Source of the DNA: a virus | Strand: one strand, 5' to 3' | Length of the DNA: 64,000 nt | Virus record (IMG/VR): IMGVR_UViG_3300029267_000581 | Coordinates: 1-64,000 of that record | Shown: positions 9,119-18,754 of the stretch, piece after piece | Position numbering within the stretch: position 1 is the stretch's first letter | How the letters are laid out: the number at the start of each line of letters is the position of its first letter | Position numbers and translations under genes: made by a program | Notes under the pieces: generated by a model | Databases searched by the model: none | What the model saw: the letters and a program-made list of their open reading frames with translations, nothing else | Told to the model about the DNA's origin: nothing

Positions 9119-10854
9119 GTACTCCTATCCTCCAGACCGAGTATCCTTGCCCTTTCCGCCGGTACTTCATAGCCACGGGTAAGCGCAATCTCGGTCTGGA
9201 ATGTCCCGCGCTCGGATTCGTACTGCCAGCCGTAGCTGTCGACGTAGTACACCCTGTTAGTACCATCGGCAAAAGTACCGGGGTGTGATCGGTGAGCGAT
9301 CACTATCTTGCCGCCGAGGTACAGACCCCTGATGTACTTCTTGATGCGACCAGATCCAGAGAGGATTTCTGTGGCGTCGAGCCCTGCCTGTTGGAGACGC
9401 TCGTTCCACTCCCTTGCGGCCTCTCTGGAGTAGGAGGCTACGACAGGACCACCTGTGCGCTCCTCGGGAGGGCGCGGGTCAGGCCATGCGTTCGTCCTGT
9501 CGTTGTTGATGCGGAGCCCATGTCTACGTACAGACTCCATGGCTGCGGTCCTGTTGGCGTCGAAACCCGTGAGACCGGTAGACATGCGGAAAGCTGGCCC
9601 GGCCAGAGTAGCGATCTCGATGTATGCCATGTTGTATAGGTCGGCGTCAGAGTAGCCGACCTGCAAACTCGTGAAGTCCTCCGACGACATGACAGGCCCC
9701 TCAAGGTTGAGCAGCTCCTCCGCGAACAGAGGGCGACGCATGAATATCATGGTCGGAGCCAAGTCCTCGAATATCTGCCCATACTCAGGATTAGCTACGC
9801 CCGCAGCCTCGATGAGACCGGACATAGCCTCCTGCGCGTATCCGCCGGTAACGACGTTATCGAACCGACCTGCCCAGGCCAAATGGCCTAGACCGTCGGC
9901 TGAAACTCTGCGAGTGTCGTAGATGACACAGTTGAACAGGGGATTGCTCCACTGGTCGATGAACGACACAAGCGGTTGAGAGAACTGCTGCACCATTTGG
10001 TCTGGTGTAGCCAGGATGTATTCGTCAAGCAGCTCGAATCTCATTCGGATCAACTGCCACAAGGGGATGTTGGTCCGTGGAAGCTCGAACTGCCCGAGGA
10101 GAGCTTGGACGGGGGAATCAGCCGCCGGATCTGGCACGTAGAACGGATCGTCTGGAGCCAGCTCCTCAAGACTGCCAGCCGCCAACCCCATCAACCGCTC
10201 CATACGGGCACGCTCCAGGTCGGCCCTGGAGTCACCCCTGAGAGATGCCGTAGCCTCCCTGTGAGCGTCGGAGTCGTCAGCCCGCAGGAATACCTCGATG
10301 ATGTTGGCGATTGCCCTACCGATACGAGGAGAGAAGGTATCCCGCTCTGCGTCCGTCGAAGTGGAGCCTTCAGTAGCCGCCTCCGCATTCGTCCCCCTGA
10401 GAGCCAACCGGAACATCGTTGCGATGTTGATGAACCGGGAAACCCACGGGTCCGAGATTGCCGAACAGATACGAAAAGCCTTCTCCCAGCCAGAGCATCG
10501 CACGTTGATTGAAGGCATATAGCCTCCAGCCGGAGTTTGCGTCTCCCCGCTGTCGATCTGGTCGATGAAACCAGAGAAGAGTGCTTCAGGCTGTTGCCCA
10601 TCTCCGGGGTCCACGATGACGAAGACCCAATCGTTAGGGCGTAGCACGTCGAGATACCCACGACCTATGCGCCTGATCCGACCCTGTTGGTCTGGTAGGG
10701 CGATAGGGCGTGGATGCAGACCGAATGAACAGGAGGCGTTACCCTGCGTGGAGTTTGACCCCCTGATCTGAATAATATCAGACGTGCAGAAGAACGGTCC
10801 CGCCGCCCACGTCCAGAACATGACATGCACCCTGTGGCGTCCGTAGTAAGCCAT
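9115..10854 (-). CDS. Baseplate hub / tail protein (candidate)
   Basis: 579-aa ORF directly after the tape measure, with a 1-nt start/stop overlap. Assignment is by position only. Confidence 0.45.
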   Translation of the reverse strand: MAYYGRHRVHVMFWTWAAGPFFCTSDIIQIRGSNSTQGNASCSFGLHPRPIALPDQQGRIRRIGRGYLDVLRPNDWVFVIVDPGDGQQPEALFSGFIDQIDSGETQTPAGGYMPSINVRCSGWEKAFRICSAISDPWVSRFINIATMFRLALRGTNAEAATEGSTSTDAERDTFSPRIGRAIANIIEVFLRADDSDAHREATASLRGDSRADLERARMERLMGLAAGSLEELAPDDPFYVPDPAADSPVQALLGQFELPRTNIPLWQLIRMRFELLDEYILATPDQMVQQFSQPLVSFIDQWSNPLFNCVIYDTRRVSADGLGHLAWAGRFDNVVTGGYAQEAMSGLIEAAGVANPEYGQIFEDLAPTMIFMRRPLFAEELLNLEGPVMSSEDFTSLQVGYSDADLYNMAYIEIATLAGPAFRMSTGLTGFDANRTAAMESVRRHGLRINNDRTNAWPDPRPPEERTGGPVVASYSREAAREWNERLQQAGLDATEILSGSGRIKKYIRGLYLGGKIVIAHRSHPGTFADGTNRVYYVDSYGWQYESERGTFQTEIALTRGYEVPAERARILGLEDRST

Positions 10855-13172
10855 CAGCGACCCCTCCTGCCCACACCGGGGATGGCCCCTCGTGCAAGCT
10901 CGTTGACACCGCCGAGTATGTTACTTAGCACGCCGGTAACCTGTCCGCTGATCTCCTGTATGAGTCCTTGCTGTTCGCGGAGATTCTGTATCTGGGCTGG
11001 CCTGTCGGCACCACCAGTTTCGCCGGTTGGCGTGTAGCCCTCCATTGCGGTACGTATAGCGCCACTGATGAGAGCGTCAATCGCTGCCTGCCCGCCACCC
11101 TCACGAAGAGCGGTCAATGCGTCCCCTGTGAGAGACTGGAGAACATCAATCTGCTGACCAACAGCCGAGTCGCGGAGGATACCGGCTGTGATTTGCGCGT
11201 ACTCAAGCTGTTGTCTCCAAGCCTCTTGAGCATGACGCGCCATGGTAGCGGAGATGGCAAGCTGTTGGGCCTCGAATCCAGCGGAAGCCCGCATGAACCC
11301 AAGCTGTTCCCTCATGATCTCTTGCCCCTCCCGGTTGACCGTCTCGATGGTGTCTCGGGTCAGTTCTGCCTCGTCGACCTGAGAAGTGTCGATGCCGAGG
11401 AGAGCTTGGAGCATCTCCTCTTGGGTCATGTCACGTCCCTCGGCATCTGCTTGGGCGAAGACGCCAGAACCCCTCTCGACGATCTGCTCCAACATCTCGA
11501 ACGGGATCTCTTGCCCCTGGCTCTGGAAGAACCGGGTAACACCCTGGGCCATTGCGAACTCGTTACCGCCCGAGGATTGGATGATCTGCTGGAGAGGCCC
11601 CGCGAGAAACTGCATACCCTGTTCACCGAACGGGTCGCGTTGCCACTCAGCCATCCCTTGCATCATTTGCCAGGGGTCATTACCGAACCTCTCACGGTTC
11701 GTCTGCCACAACAGGGCGTTCCCCCAGTCGTCGCCACCCCCGAACATCATGTTGCGGAGAGCGCCGCCACCAGTACCGGCGACAGCATTGACCATTCGAC
11801 CAGCCCCCTCGGTGCCGACACCGTAGCGCCCCATGACCATCCGAGTCATGCGAGACATTTCAGACGCTAGACCTGGAATCTCTGCCTCTGTCACCAGAGA
11901 CGGACCCCCCATGACGACAGACATGGATTGCCCAACAGCGGACGCGAACCGAGGAAGCTGCCGACCGAACCCAGCGGAAACGGCGTCGGTCATGATGCGC
12001 TCAGTGAGAGACTGACGCTGCTCCGCTGAGAACTGACCAGAGCCACCACCTGCCATGAGGAGTCCCCCCATGGCCGCGCCTTGCTCACCGAGGCCGACAC
12101 CGTAGCGCCTGGCGTAAGCCATGCTGGTCCTGAGTGTGTCCGATGTCAGCGGTCCACCGCCGTATCCTTGCAGGAGAGCCGAGAACTCAGGACCTATCTG
12201 CCCAGGACCGTAGCCCATTCCGACAGCTCCAGCCTGCCTGATCTGTCTCAGATTACCGCCGTACTGGGCGACAGACTGCATCGAAGCCATCGTCTGAAGG
12301 TACTGAGGATAGCGTTGCATACCCTCTTGGAGATACCTTTCGGTCATACCTGCGACGACGTTACGCCCAAGCTCAGTACCAACAGCACCGCCTACGGTCT
12401 CCCCGACGCCCAGCTCTCTGCCGAGCCTAGCGCCAACACCGCGGCCCCATACAGCACCCTCGCCGCCACCAGCGACGTTGGCGATCATGCTTACAGGACC
12501 TTGGCCGATGGAGGAGACGAGACCACGAGCAGCGCCGTAGAGCCTCGCCGCGTCGTCGTCCGTCATCCTGCGCTGTCCTTCAGAGTAGCGTGGGTCGATG
12601 CCGATAGCCTCGGCTACACGACCGACGATCCCACCAGCAATACGCCCAGCCGGACCACCAGCACCCTCGAATGGCCCACCCATACCACCCATGAAGTGTT
12701 GCCAGACGCCAGCGGTGTTACCTGCCCCCATACTGAGACCACCAGTGAGGCCGCCGAGGAGCATACCACCACCTAGCGCCATGGGGGCCAAGCCAGCAAC
12801 TAGACCGGCAATAGCGCCCCAAGGCCCGAGGGCTCCCATGATGCCGCCGAGACCACCGCCACCCCCACCGGCACCACCCCCACCGGCACCAGCAGCGGTC
12901 TGACCGCCCATCGTCAACCGTACAGAAGAAGCAGACTCACGAATGTCCTTCATGTAGTCTGCCATGTCCTTGAAGTCCGACTTGATGTCGGATGCCAAAG
13001 ACTTCAGCTCGCGCATGGCGTCCAGCATCTCAGCGGGGGCCTTGGCGAGATCGCCCATATCCAATGCGTCACTGAGCCCGGCTTGAATGTCTGACAGATA
13101 AGATTGGACCGCAGCGTCCAGATCGCCCTGCCCGACGTCAAGTCCAACCTCGACTGTTAGTTCATCAGCCAT
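10854..13172 (-). CDS. Tail tape measure protein
   Basis: 772 aa with a coiled-coil-like N-terminus. It has long Gly/Ala/Met-rich hydrophobic tracts (GGGGAGGGGGGLGGIMGALGPWGAIAGLVAGL...) and follows the chaperone pair. Confidence 0.85.
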   Translation of the reverse strand: MADELTVEVGLDVGQGDLDAAVQSYLSDIQAGLSDALDMGDLAKAPAEMLDAMRELKSLASDIKSDFKDMADYMKDIRESASSVRLTMGGQTAAGAGGGGAGGGGGGLGGIMGALGPWGAIAGLVAGLAPMALGGGMLLGGLTGGLSMGAGNTAGVWQHFMGGMGGPFEGAGGPAGRIAGGIVGRVAEAIGIDPRYSEGQRRMTDDDAARLYGAARGLVSSIGQGPVSMIANVAGGGEGAVWGRGVGARLGRELGVGETVGGAVGTELGRNVVAGMTERYLQEGMQRYPQYLQTMASMQSVAQYGGNLRQIRQAGAVGMGYGPGQIGPEFSALLQGYGGGPLTSDTLRTSMAYARRYGVGLGEQGAAMGGLLMAGGGSGQFSAEQRQSLTERIMTDAVSAGFGRQLPRFASAVGQSMSVVMGGPSLVTEAEIPGLASEMSRMTRMVMGRYGVGTEGAGRMVNAVAGTGGGALRNMMFGGGDDWGNALLWQTNRERFGNDPWQMMQGMAEWQRDPFGEQGMQFLAGPLQQIIQSSGGNEFAMAQGVTRFFQSQGQEIPFEMLEQIVERGSGVFAQADAEGRDMTQEEMLQALLGIDTSQVDEAELTRDTIETVNREGQEIMREQLGFMRASAGFEAQQLAISATMARHAQEAWRQQLEYAQITAGILRDSAVGQQIDVLQSLTGDALTALREGGGQAAIDALISGAIRTAMEGYTPTGETGGADRPAQIQNLREQQGLIQEISGQVTGVLSNILGGVNELARGAIPGVGRRGR

Positions 13173-13993
13173 CTTGCTCCTCTGGCGTCGGCCACTTCTC
13201 AGCGGCAGCGTTTATCTGAGCCAGGATGTCTGCATCCGATTCGATCTGATCCTGATCAGCCTGAATCGCTGCCTCGGCCTGGCGTTCAATCTCCTCGTCC
13301 AGTGCATCGAGATCCTGGTCGGCCCACTCCTGTTCAAACGCATCGAACATGGGGTCACCAGTCCTGTAGATCTCTGTGCCGTTCACTCGGACCTTCCTCA
13401 TTGGAATGCCCGTCGGACCCATCGGGATTCGCTCGTCTTCGATGGCATCCTCAAGGAACTCGATGTAAGCCTGCTCGAACGTGTAGGCGAGGAAACGAGG
13501 GTCGGTAGGAGGCATCTTGTACTTCTGACACAGCCACCTACGCAAGAAGCCCTCGCTACTGTCCAGATTCGCCTGTGCCATCTCCAGGGCTCGCTCCGGT
13601 ATCTCCGCTTGCTCCAGAGCTTCCGGTAGCACCACCAGAGGAGTCAGAGGCTTCCCCTCGACTCTTTGCTTGTCGAAAGGGCGACTCGTTCCGTTCCCGC
13701 AAGTAGTGGGCGTACACCGCCATGACCATCGGGATGTCCTCTTGCTCCATGACGTCGTCCCACCACGAGGGGAAGGATTCGACGAGCACAGACAGGTTGG
13801 CGATGGCGTTGAGAATTGCCCCTGTCTGGTTGTCGGCGATTGGCTGACCCTGTGCGAGACGGGAGATACCAGCCGAGATCGCACCGACATCCCCGAAGTT
13901 CGGCTTCCGCACTGTGAATCCACCCTGGTACTCTCGACCATTGTGTTGCAGATCCACGAAGAACGTGACTTTTCCGTCGTCTGTGATAGGCAT
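13165..13993 (-). CDS. Putative frameshift-extended chaperone (GT-like). It requires a +1 (or -2) shift, with a candidate site CCC UUU CGA C at 13673-13681
   Basis: The only open extension frame (ORF 13165-13941) is +1 relative to the G frame (13993 mod 3 = 1, 13941 mod 3 = 0). Its overlap portion is Arg/Ser junk, but from about 13680 downward it is protein-like. It ends with an 8-nt overlap on the tape measure start. Confidence 0.45.
13556..13993 (-). CDS. Tail assembly chaperone (G-like, short product)
   Basis: 145-aa ORF between tube and tape measure. Its C-terminal 30 aa are low-complexity (SDSSGGATGSSGASGDTGASPGDGTGESGQ). Confidence 0.65.
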   Translation of the reverse strand: MPITDDGKVTFFVDLQHNGREYQGGFTVRKPNFGDVGAISAGISRLAQGQPIADNQTGAILNAIANLSVLVESFPSWWDDVMEQEDIPMVMAVYAHYLRERNESPFRQAKSRGEASDSSGGATGSSGASGDTGASPGDGTGESGQ

Positions 13994-14019
13994 TGCGGCC
14001 CCTTTCCTAGCTGAAACGC

Positions 14020-14081
14020 AAAAAAGGCGGGGCCGACGTGGACGTGGGCTGTGCCCGTTGACGCCCTACGCCGACCCCGCC
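14020..14081 (-). terminator. Rho-independent terminator/attenuator after the tail tube gene
   Basis: On the minus strand, GGCGGGGTCGGCG ... CGTCGGCCCCGCC forms a 13-bp stem with two G-U pairs. It is followed by TTTTTT. Confidence 0.65.
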
Positions 14082-14099
14082 GGGTTGCTACGTCACGCC

Positions 14100-14115
14100 G
14101 ATCTGACTCCGATCA
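14100..14115. repeat. Exact copy 1 of the dispersed 16-bp element GATCTGACTCCGATCA (minus strand TGATCGGAGTCAGATC, whose TGA is the tube stop codon)
   Basis: Identical 16-mer at 57931-57946. Confidence 0.9.
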
Positions 14116-14559
14116 GATGCCGGAGGTTCCTTCGTCGGCGTACTGGATGGCTGTGAACTGGCAGTTGTTGGATACCAGCCCACGCGCCTGAACTGCGATG
14201 TTTCGAGACCTCGGCTTGACCCTGTAGATCTTGCCGACCGGCGTGGACGTGTACGTGTCCCACATCTCCGCAGCCAGCTCCGGGAAGTCGAGCAGCATCC
14301 TCCGAACCTCCTCGGGGGTGCGCCCCGACTTGGGCCAGAGTTCCGCCGCCACGAGATCTTGCTTCGGAACGCGGTAGATGTTGGCCTGCAACGTGACCTG
14401 ATAGCCCGTGATCTCGAACTCGGCAGGCATGAGGTTGTCGAGGACGTTGACCGGCTCTTGCACGATGTCTTCGCCCACGGTGACTCCGAATGCCCAACCC
14501 ATCCTCTTTCCGTCGAGGAGAAGTCGGCATCGTCCACCCGTCAGGATGTTCTGTGGCAT
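14113..14559 (-). CDS. Tail tube protein (contractile tail)
   Basis: 148-aa ORF immediately downstream of the sheath gene. Size and position are typical. Confidence 0.7.
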   Translation of the reverse strand: MPQNILTGGRCRLLLDGKRMGWAFGVTVGEDIVQEPVNVLDNLMPAEFEITGYQVTLQANIYRVPKQDLVAAELWPKSGRTPEEVRRMLLDFPELAAEMWDTYTSTPVGKIYRVKPRSRNIAVQARGLVSNNCQFTAIQYADEGTSGI

Positions 14560-14567
14560 GACTCCTC

Positions 14568-16397
14568 CTAAGCCGCCAGAGCCGTCGGGTATGTCGCCCG
14601 CAGCTCGGTGAAGATGTAGTTGATGCCCATGGTGTATGTGACTTCGGCCCGCACGTAGATCTGGTCACCCGAGATGAACGCGCGGACGTTGCGGAACGGA
14701 GCGACGGTGTTTCCGTCTGCGTCGGTGCCCTCGATGAGGACGAAGTCGGGGCTGTTCTGGTCTGCGAGAGCCCGGAACACCTCGATGGCCTGTCCTTGCA
14801 GGTCTTGAGCTGAGACGTTACCACGCCCCTTGTGCCCGATGTTGGGCCTCTCGAATTTCCGACGGAGCATGATGCACGTCCAGAGGATCGCCTCCACGCC
14901 TTCCAGAAGGATGAGCATGTCGTTGTCCTCGGTCTTGTACGTGGAGATGCCCTTGGAAATCTGGTAGCCCAGGTCACCCTGCTCCACCATGAGGAGCCCG
15001 CCGTAGATTCCCTGCTCGAAGTCGTCGTCATCGTTGACGTCGAAGTCGGTTGCGACGTACCGGACGTCTTGAGCCTTGAGAACCTTCGCAGTCATCGGAG
15101 TCGCGACAGGCGAGCCAGCCATCATGGCAGCGACCGCTGTGGCCGAACCATGACACCCGATCCATGCCTTCACGGCGTCAGGCCCCTCACGGTAGCACTC
15201 ATGGTTCACGACAGACCAATACTGGTTGTTGTAACCAGCAAGCTCCGTGTAGAGCGCCGCCTTCGTCACGGAATTCGTGCAGCCGAACCCCTGACGCTCA
15301 CGCTTGCCTCCAACAGGGTTGACCTGATTGAGATGCGTAGTGAAGTAGCCCTGGACCGTATCAAGTGTGATAGGCCCAGCAATGTCATCGTTGAACGCAC
15401 AGACGAGGAAACGTGAAGGGAACTTCTTGGCAGTCTTGAGAGCGTCCTGAATCGTGGTTGCATCGGAGACCCCGAGGGTTCCACCAGCGAGCCACGTTTG
15501 CGCGAGGGTGTTGGGCTTGAGACCAGCCACCCATGCCGCAGAACAGTACGGGGAGTTGGCGTTGTGCCACTCGACCACATCCCAGGCGACGCCGTGGAAG
15601 GATGCGAGAACCTTGACGTTGACAGCCGAGACCTCGTCGAGATAGTCGGCAAGAGTCGTCGCTCGCTCCTCGCGGAGCAGGGTGGCTGTGTAGACACCCG
15701 TTGCGTTGATCTCCTGGATGACCTCTTCGATGGTCTTGTCTGCTGTGGTGATCGCCAACTGATCATTCGGCGGAGTTGCCGTGACAGTCGTGATCGTTGT
15801 GCCGTCATAGCTCAACGTACAGGTCAGCTCTGCCCCGGTGTAGATGACAGAGATCCACTCGTCAGTGCCGTTGACACCGAAAGCGATGGACTCCTGATCA
15901 CCGATGTTCGGGGCAACAGCGCGACCACACGTCACCTTGATGCCCGTACCGGAGGCTACCACCTTGGCCCAGGTGTGATTGCCCTTCGTCCCCCAAATAC
16001 GGTCCTTGAGAGTCACGCAGTTGGTTGGACCAGCCGCATCTTGCAGCGTGAGGGACGCCTGCGTGCTCTTGTTGGTCTTGATACAGTAGACCTTCTGTGC
16101 GCCGCCAATGGCGACACCACTTTCCTGCTGACCGTCTGCGGCTGGGTCGAAGGCGAAGTTGGCACACTCGGCCAAGTTACCCTCGATGAAAGTGTCGATC
16201 ATGTCCTGCGGATCGGTAAAGGCGTGATAGACCGGAGAAGCTGCCGACTCCTGTGGCTCACCCGCCTCTGCTTCACCAATGATGATGATCGACTGATCAA
16301 CCCCGAGATCGAGGTTTGCCAAACCGCTGAGGTCGTGCCAGGTGTAGGCTCCGGGACGCTGGATATTGCGCCCCTTCCACCTTACTGTCCTCGGCAT
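14568..16397 (-). CDS. Tail sheath protein
   Basis: 609 aa. The N-terminal RPGAYTWHDLSG resembles the PGVY..e.d.s start of sheath proteins. It is followed by the tube gene. Confidence 0.85.
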   Translation of the reverse strand: MPRTVRWKGRNIQRPGAYTWHDLSGLANLDLGVDQSIIIIGEAEAGEPQESAASPVYHAFTDPQDMIDTFIEGNLAECANFAFDPAADGQQESGVAIGGAQKVYCIKTNKSTQASLTLQDAAGPTNCVTLKDRIWGTKGNHTWAKVVASGTGIKVTCGRAVAPNIGDQESIAFGVNGTDEWISVIYTGAELTCTLSYDGTTITTVTATPPNDQLAITTADKTIEEVIQEINATGVYTATLLREERATTLADYLDEVSAVNVKVLASFHGVAWDVVEWHNANSPYCSAAWVAGLKPNTLAQTWLAGGTLGVSDATTIQDALKTAKKFPSRFLVCAFNDDIAGPITLDTVQGYFTTHLNQVNPVGGKRERQGFGCTNSVTKAALYTELAGYNNQYWSVVNHECYREGPDAVKAWIGCHGSATAVAAMMAGSPVATPMTAKVLKAQDVRYVATDFDVNDDDDFEQGIYGGLLMVEQGDLGYQISKGISTYKTEDNDMLILLEGVEAILWTCIMLRRKFERPNIGHKGRGNVSAQDLQGQAIEVFRALADQNSPDFVLIEGTDADGNTVAPFRNVRAFISGDQIYVRAEVTYTMGINYIFTELRATYPTALAA

Positions 16398-17404
16398 TAC
16401 TCCTCCTCTAGTTCGTCGTCAGTTGCCCACCGATAAAGCTCGGCGGAACACTCTAGTACGGTGCCCTGATCGCCCTTACTCGTGTACGCTGTCAACTCTC
16501 CGTTTGCTCCACGGATAGTCGGAGTCCTATCGTATGCAATCCATGTTGTGAGACAATCCACCACAAGCTCGCAGCGATGTCCAACAGCCGGTGCGATGTC
16601 GTTCCAGATACTCTGGTAGCGCACCGAATAGTTGAGATCGGCCAAGCCAGACGACAGAATGCTGCTAGTCTTTAGGGTAAGCTCCCGCCAGACCAACCCT
16701 TTTAGCACGGACGTAACGACTGGGTTCTCTGTGTCAATGAACACGACGAACATGCAGCGAAAGGTGTTACCATACAGGTCACCGCCAGGCAGACCGTAAG
16801 AGGCCCACCTGAAAGCGTAGAGACGATCACCTGCCGCCAACGGAGAGAAAAGCTCGACCTTCTTGGTTGCTGCATCCACGAGGTAATCTTCCCCCTCGAC
16901 AAGCTCCTGCTCAGTACCGGAGGCGGGGTCGAGACGTAGTTCCAGCATACGTGTGACTAGGTCACCTTCTGCCGGAATGTAGACCTCAAACTCGCCACCA
17001 GCGGCGGAAGCCACGATGTCTAGGGGGTCCTCGTAGGTATTTATCTCTTGCTCCACAACGCCGACGTCATCGGCGAGTACAGGAGCCTCAGAGTGCATGG
17101 ACTCGGTTGTGACGAAGATGGCTGGTAGGTGTTGCGGGTCCGATGGGAATTCGAGACCGACCGACGGCGGTTTACGACGCAAGTTCTCGAAGACCTTGTT
17201 GATCATATTCTGATCAAGACCTTGCACAACACGGACCAGAGGCTCTTCCAAACCACCTTTGCCGTATTCACCGTTCCCCAGCTTCTCAGGCAGCTCACTG
17301 AGAGCCGCGTGAATAACGAATTCCGGCAGAACAACGCCAGAGTTTGTACGCTGCGGTTCTGTGAACCTTCGACGCCTTCGACGCCTTTTGCGGGGGTTCG
17401 TCAT
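16397..17404 (-). CDS. Neck / tail-completion protein candidate with a poly-Arg N-terminus (KRRRRRRRF)
   Basis: 335-aa ORF directly upstream of the sheath gene. Assignment is by position only. Confidence 0.4.
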   Translation of the reverse strand: MTNPRKRRRRRRRFTEPQRTNSGVVLPEFVIHAALSELPEKLGNGEYGKGGLEEPLVRVVQGLDQNMINKVFENLRRKPPSVGLEFPSDPQHLPAIFVTTESMHSEAPVLADDVGVVEQEINTYEDPLDIVASAAGGEFEVYIPAEGDLVTRMLELRLDPASGTEQELVEGEDYLVDAATKKVELFSPLAAGDRLYAFRWASYGLPGGDLYGNTFRCMFVVFIDTENPVVTSVLKGLVWRELTLKTSSILSSGLADLNYSVRYQSIWNDIAPAVGHRCELVVDCLTTWIAYDRTPTIRGANGELTAYTSKGDQGTVLECSAELYRWATDDELEEE

Positions 17405-17847
17405 TTCAGAGCCTCCTTGACTATGCGGTCAACCATCGCTTTTACGCCAGGAACGACGTTGGCACCCTTGAATCCAGGGTGTCGCCACGACGAAGGAGGA
17501 CTGTTCTGCGAGACTGTACGAAACTCCGTCTTACCTTGGATCTGCAACGGGATGACCCGAGAGAACTGACCCGCAAGAAGACCAGGCTTCATGTCAAACG
17601 CTTTCCAGCCTTCCTCTAGCAGGATGGCTACCTTGTCCCTAATGGTCGCACCGACCTTCACACCACGGTAAGGCACGATGGCCTTCGTGTAACGCGCTTT
17701 CGCACGCGCTGAAAGAGACGACCTGTTGACAGATTGCTTCCAGGCGTTCGCTATGGCCTGTGACACTCTGCCACGTCGCCGACGTACAGTGGCGCTTATG
17801 GTCTGCATTAGCGACCCTTTGACAGACAGACGCGCTTTGATCGGCAT
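17401..17847 (-). CDS. Head-tail joining / tail-completion protein candidate
   Basis: 148-aa basic ORF in the connector region, with overlapping start and stop codons. Confidence 0.4.
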   Translation of the reverse strand: MPIKARLSVKGSLMQTISATVRRRRGRVSQAIANAWKQSVNRSSLSARAKARYTKAIVPYRGVKVGATIRDKVAILLEEGWKAFDMKPGLLAGQFSRVIPLQIQGKTEFRTVSQNSPPSSWRHPGFKGANVVPGVKAMVDRIVKEALK

Positions 17848-18671
17848 CAGATCTCCTCGATCTCTCTCGGAGGCAAGGAATCAACCTGTGGTTCCTGCGC
17901 GTCTCCCTTCAGAGAGACTTCCTGGTGCAGACGACCAAACAGCCCGTCGGCTCTGCCAGCCATTACCATCTTCGGGAACTCGATGAACTGCTCGGAACCG
18001 TCGTCCGAGAACTGTGTGCTGAACTGACCCCTACCGACAGACGGAATCGACTGCACGAGATAGTAGGGGCGTACTATGAATCTGCCGCTGATCTTCCACC
18101 GATCAGACACTCTGCCAGAGCGAGGGAAGGTCAGTAGGTTCTTTTCAGCATCGAGTACGTAATCCTTGCCACGCTCAAGCTCAATGAGCCTGTCGTGGTT
18201 GTCATAGGATGCGGCATACTCGATGTCTACCGCGTCGAACGGCAGACGAATACCTCCGACAATGGCGCGGTACTCGCGCAAGAGGTCTGTCGTCTGGAAG
18301 TAGCTGGAGAGCCGCACAAGATCACCCTCGACGATCTGCGTGTCGGATGGAAAGGTGATCCGTATGCTCCCTTGAGTGAGAGGAGTAGCGGGGGTCAACT
18401 GCTTTCGCGTCTCAGCCCCCGTAACGACCGCTCGCAGATCCTTGACTGTGGACGACCATAGAAAGGCCAGCCCCGTTCCGTTGCACGACTCACATGCGGG
18501 ATCGGCTGTGCCCGTTCCTCCACTTCTCGATGGGTCAGCGCACGGACAGACTATACGTGGAGTCAAATCCACAGGCTGCCCATGTTGGCGTATCAATAGG
18601 TCAAGGTCCGGTGCAACACTACCGAGGTCGGCCCGCATGAAGTCGATAGGCAACTTTGGAAAATTTACCAT
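17847..18671 (-). CDS. Head-tail connector region protein with a Cys cluster (CPC...CESCNGTG)
   Basis: 274-aa ORF. Assignment is by position only. Confidence 0.4.
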   Translation of the reverse strand: MVNFPKLPIDFMRADLGSVAPDLDLLIRQHGQPVDLTPRIVCPCADPSRSGGTGTADPACESCNGTGLAFLWSSTVKDLRAVVTGAETRKQLTPATPLTQGSIRITFPSDTQIVEGDLVRLSSYFQTTDLLREYRAIVGGIRLPFDAVDIEYAASYDNHDRLIELERGKDYVLDAEKNLLTFPRSGRVSDRWKISGRFIVRPYYLVQSIPSVGRGQFSTQFSDDGSEQFIEFPKMVMAGRADGLFGRLHQEVSLKGDAQEPQVDSLPPREIEEI

Positions 18672-18685
18672 GGTGATGCCCTCAA

Positions 18686-18742
18686 CTCAGAGCGGCCCCA
18701 CCAGTCCGGGCCGCAACAGAAGACCGACAGGACCGCTCTGAG
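18686..18742. repeat. 10-bp inverted repeat CTCAGAGCGG / CCGCTCTGAG in an intergenic gap
   Basis: Direct reading. The loop is about 37 nt and the function is unknown. Confidence 0.5.
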
Positions 18743-18754
18743 GTGAAGGCACCA

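Noticed and set aside
13556-13993. A canonical -1 frameshift for the tail chaperone
   Set aside because: No open -1 frame exists downstream of the short ORF. Only the +1 frame is open (checked by coordinate arithmetic).
14093-15031. Minus-strand 312-aa ORF overlapping the tube and sheath genes (also 14088-14537)
   Set aside because: The Ser/Arg/Thr-rich translation is out of frame with two well-supported structural genes.
15498-16436. Long plus-strand ORFs (15498-16436, 8225-9067, 53270-54373, 60045-60860, 27005-27742, 12081-12776)
   Set aside because: Each is antisense to a recognisable minus-strand gene and has shadow-frame composition. No plus-strand promoter or RBS is evident.
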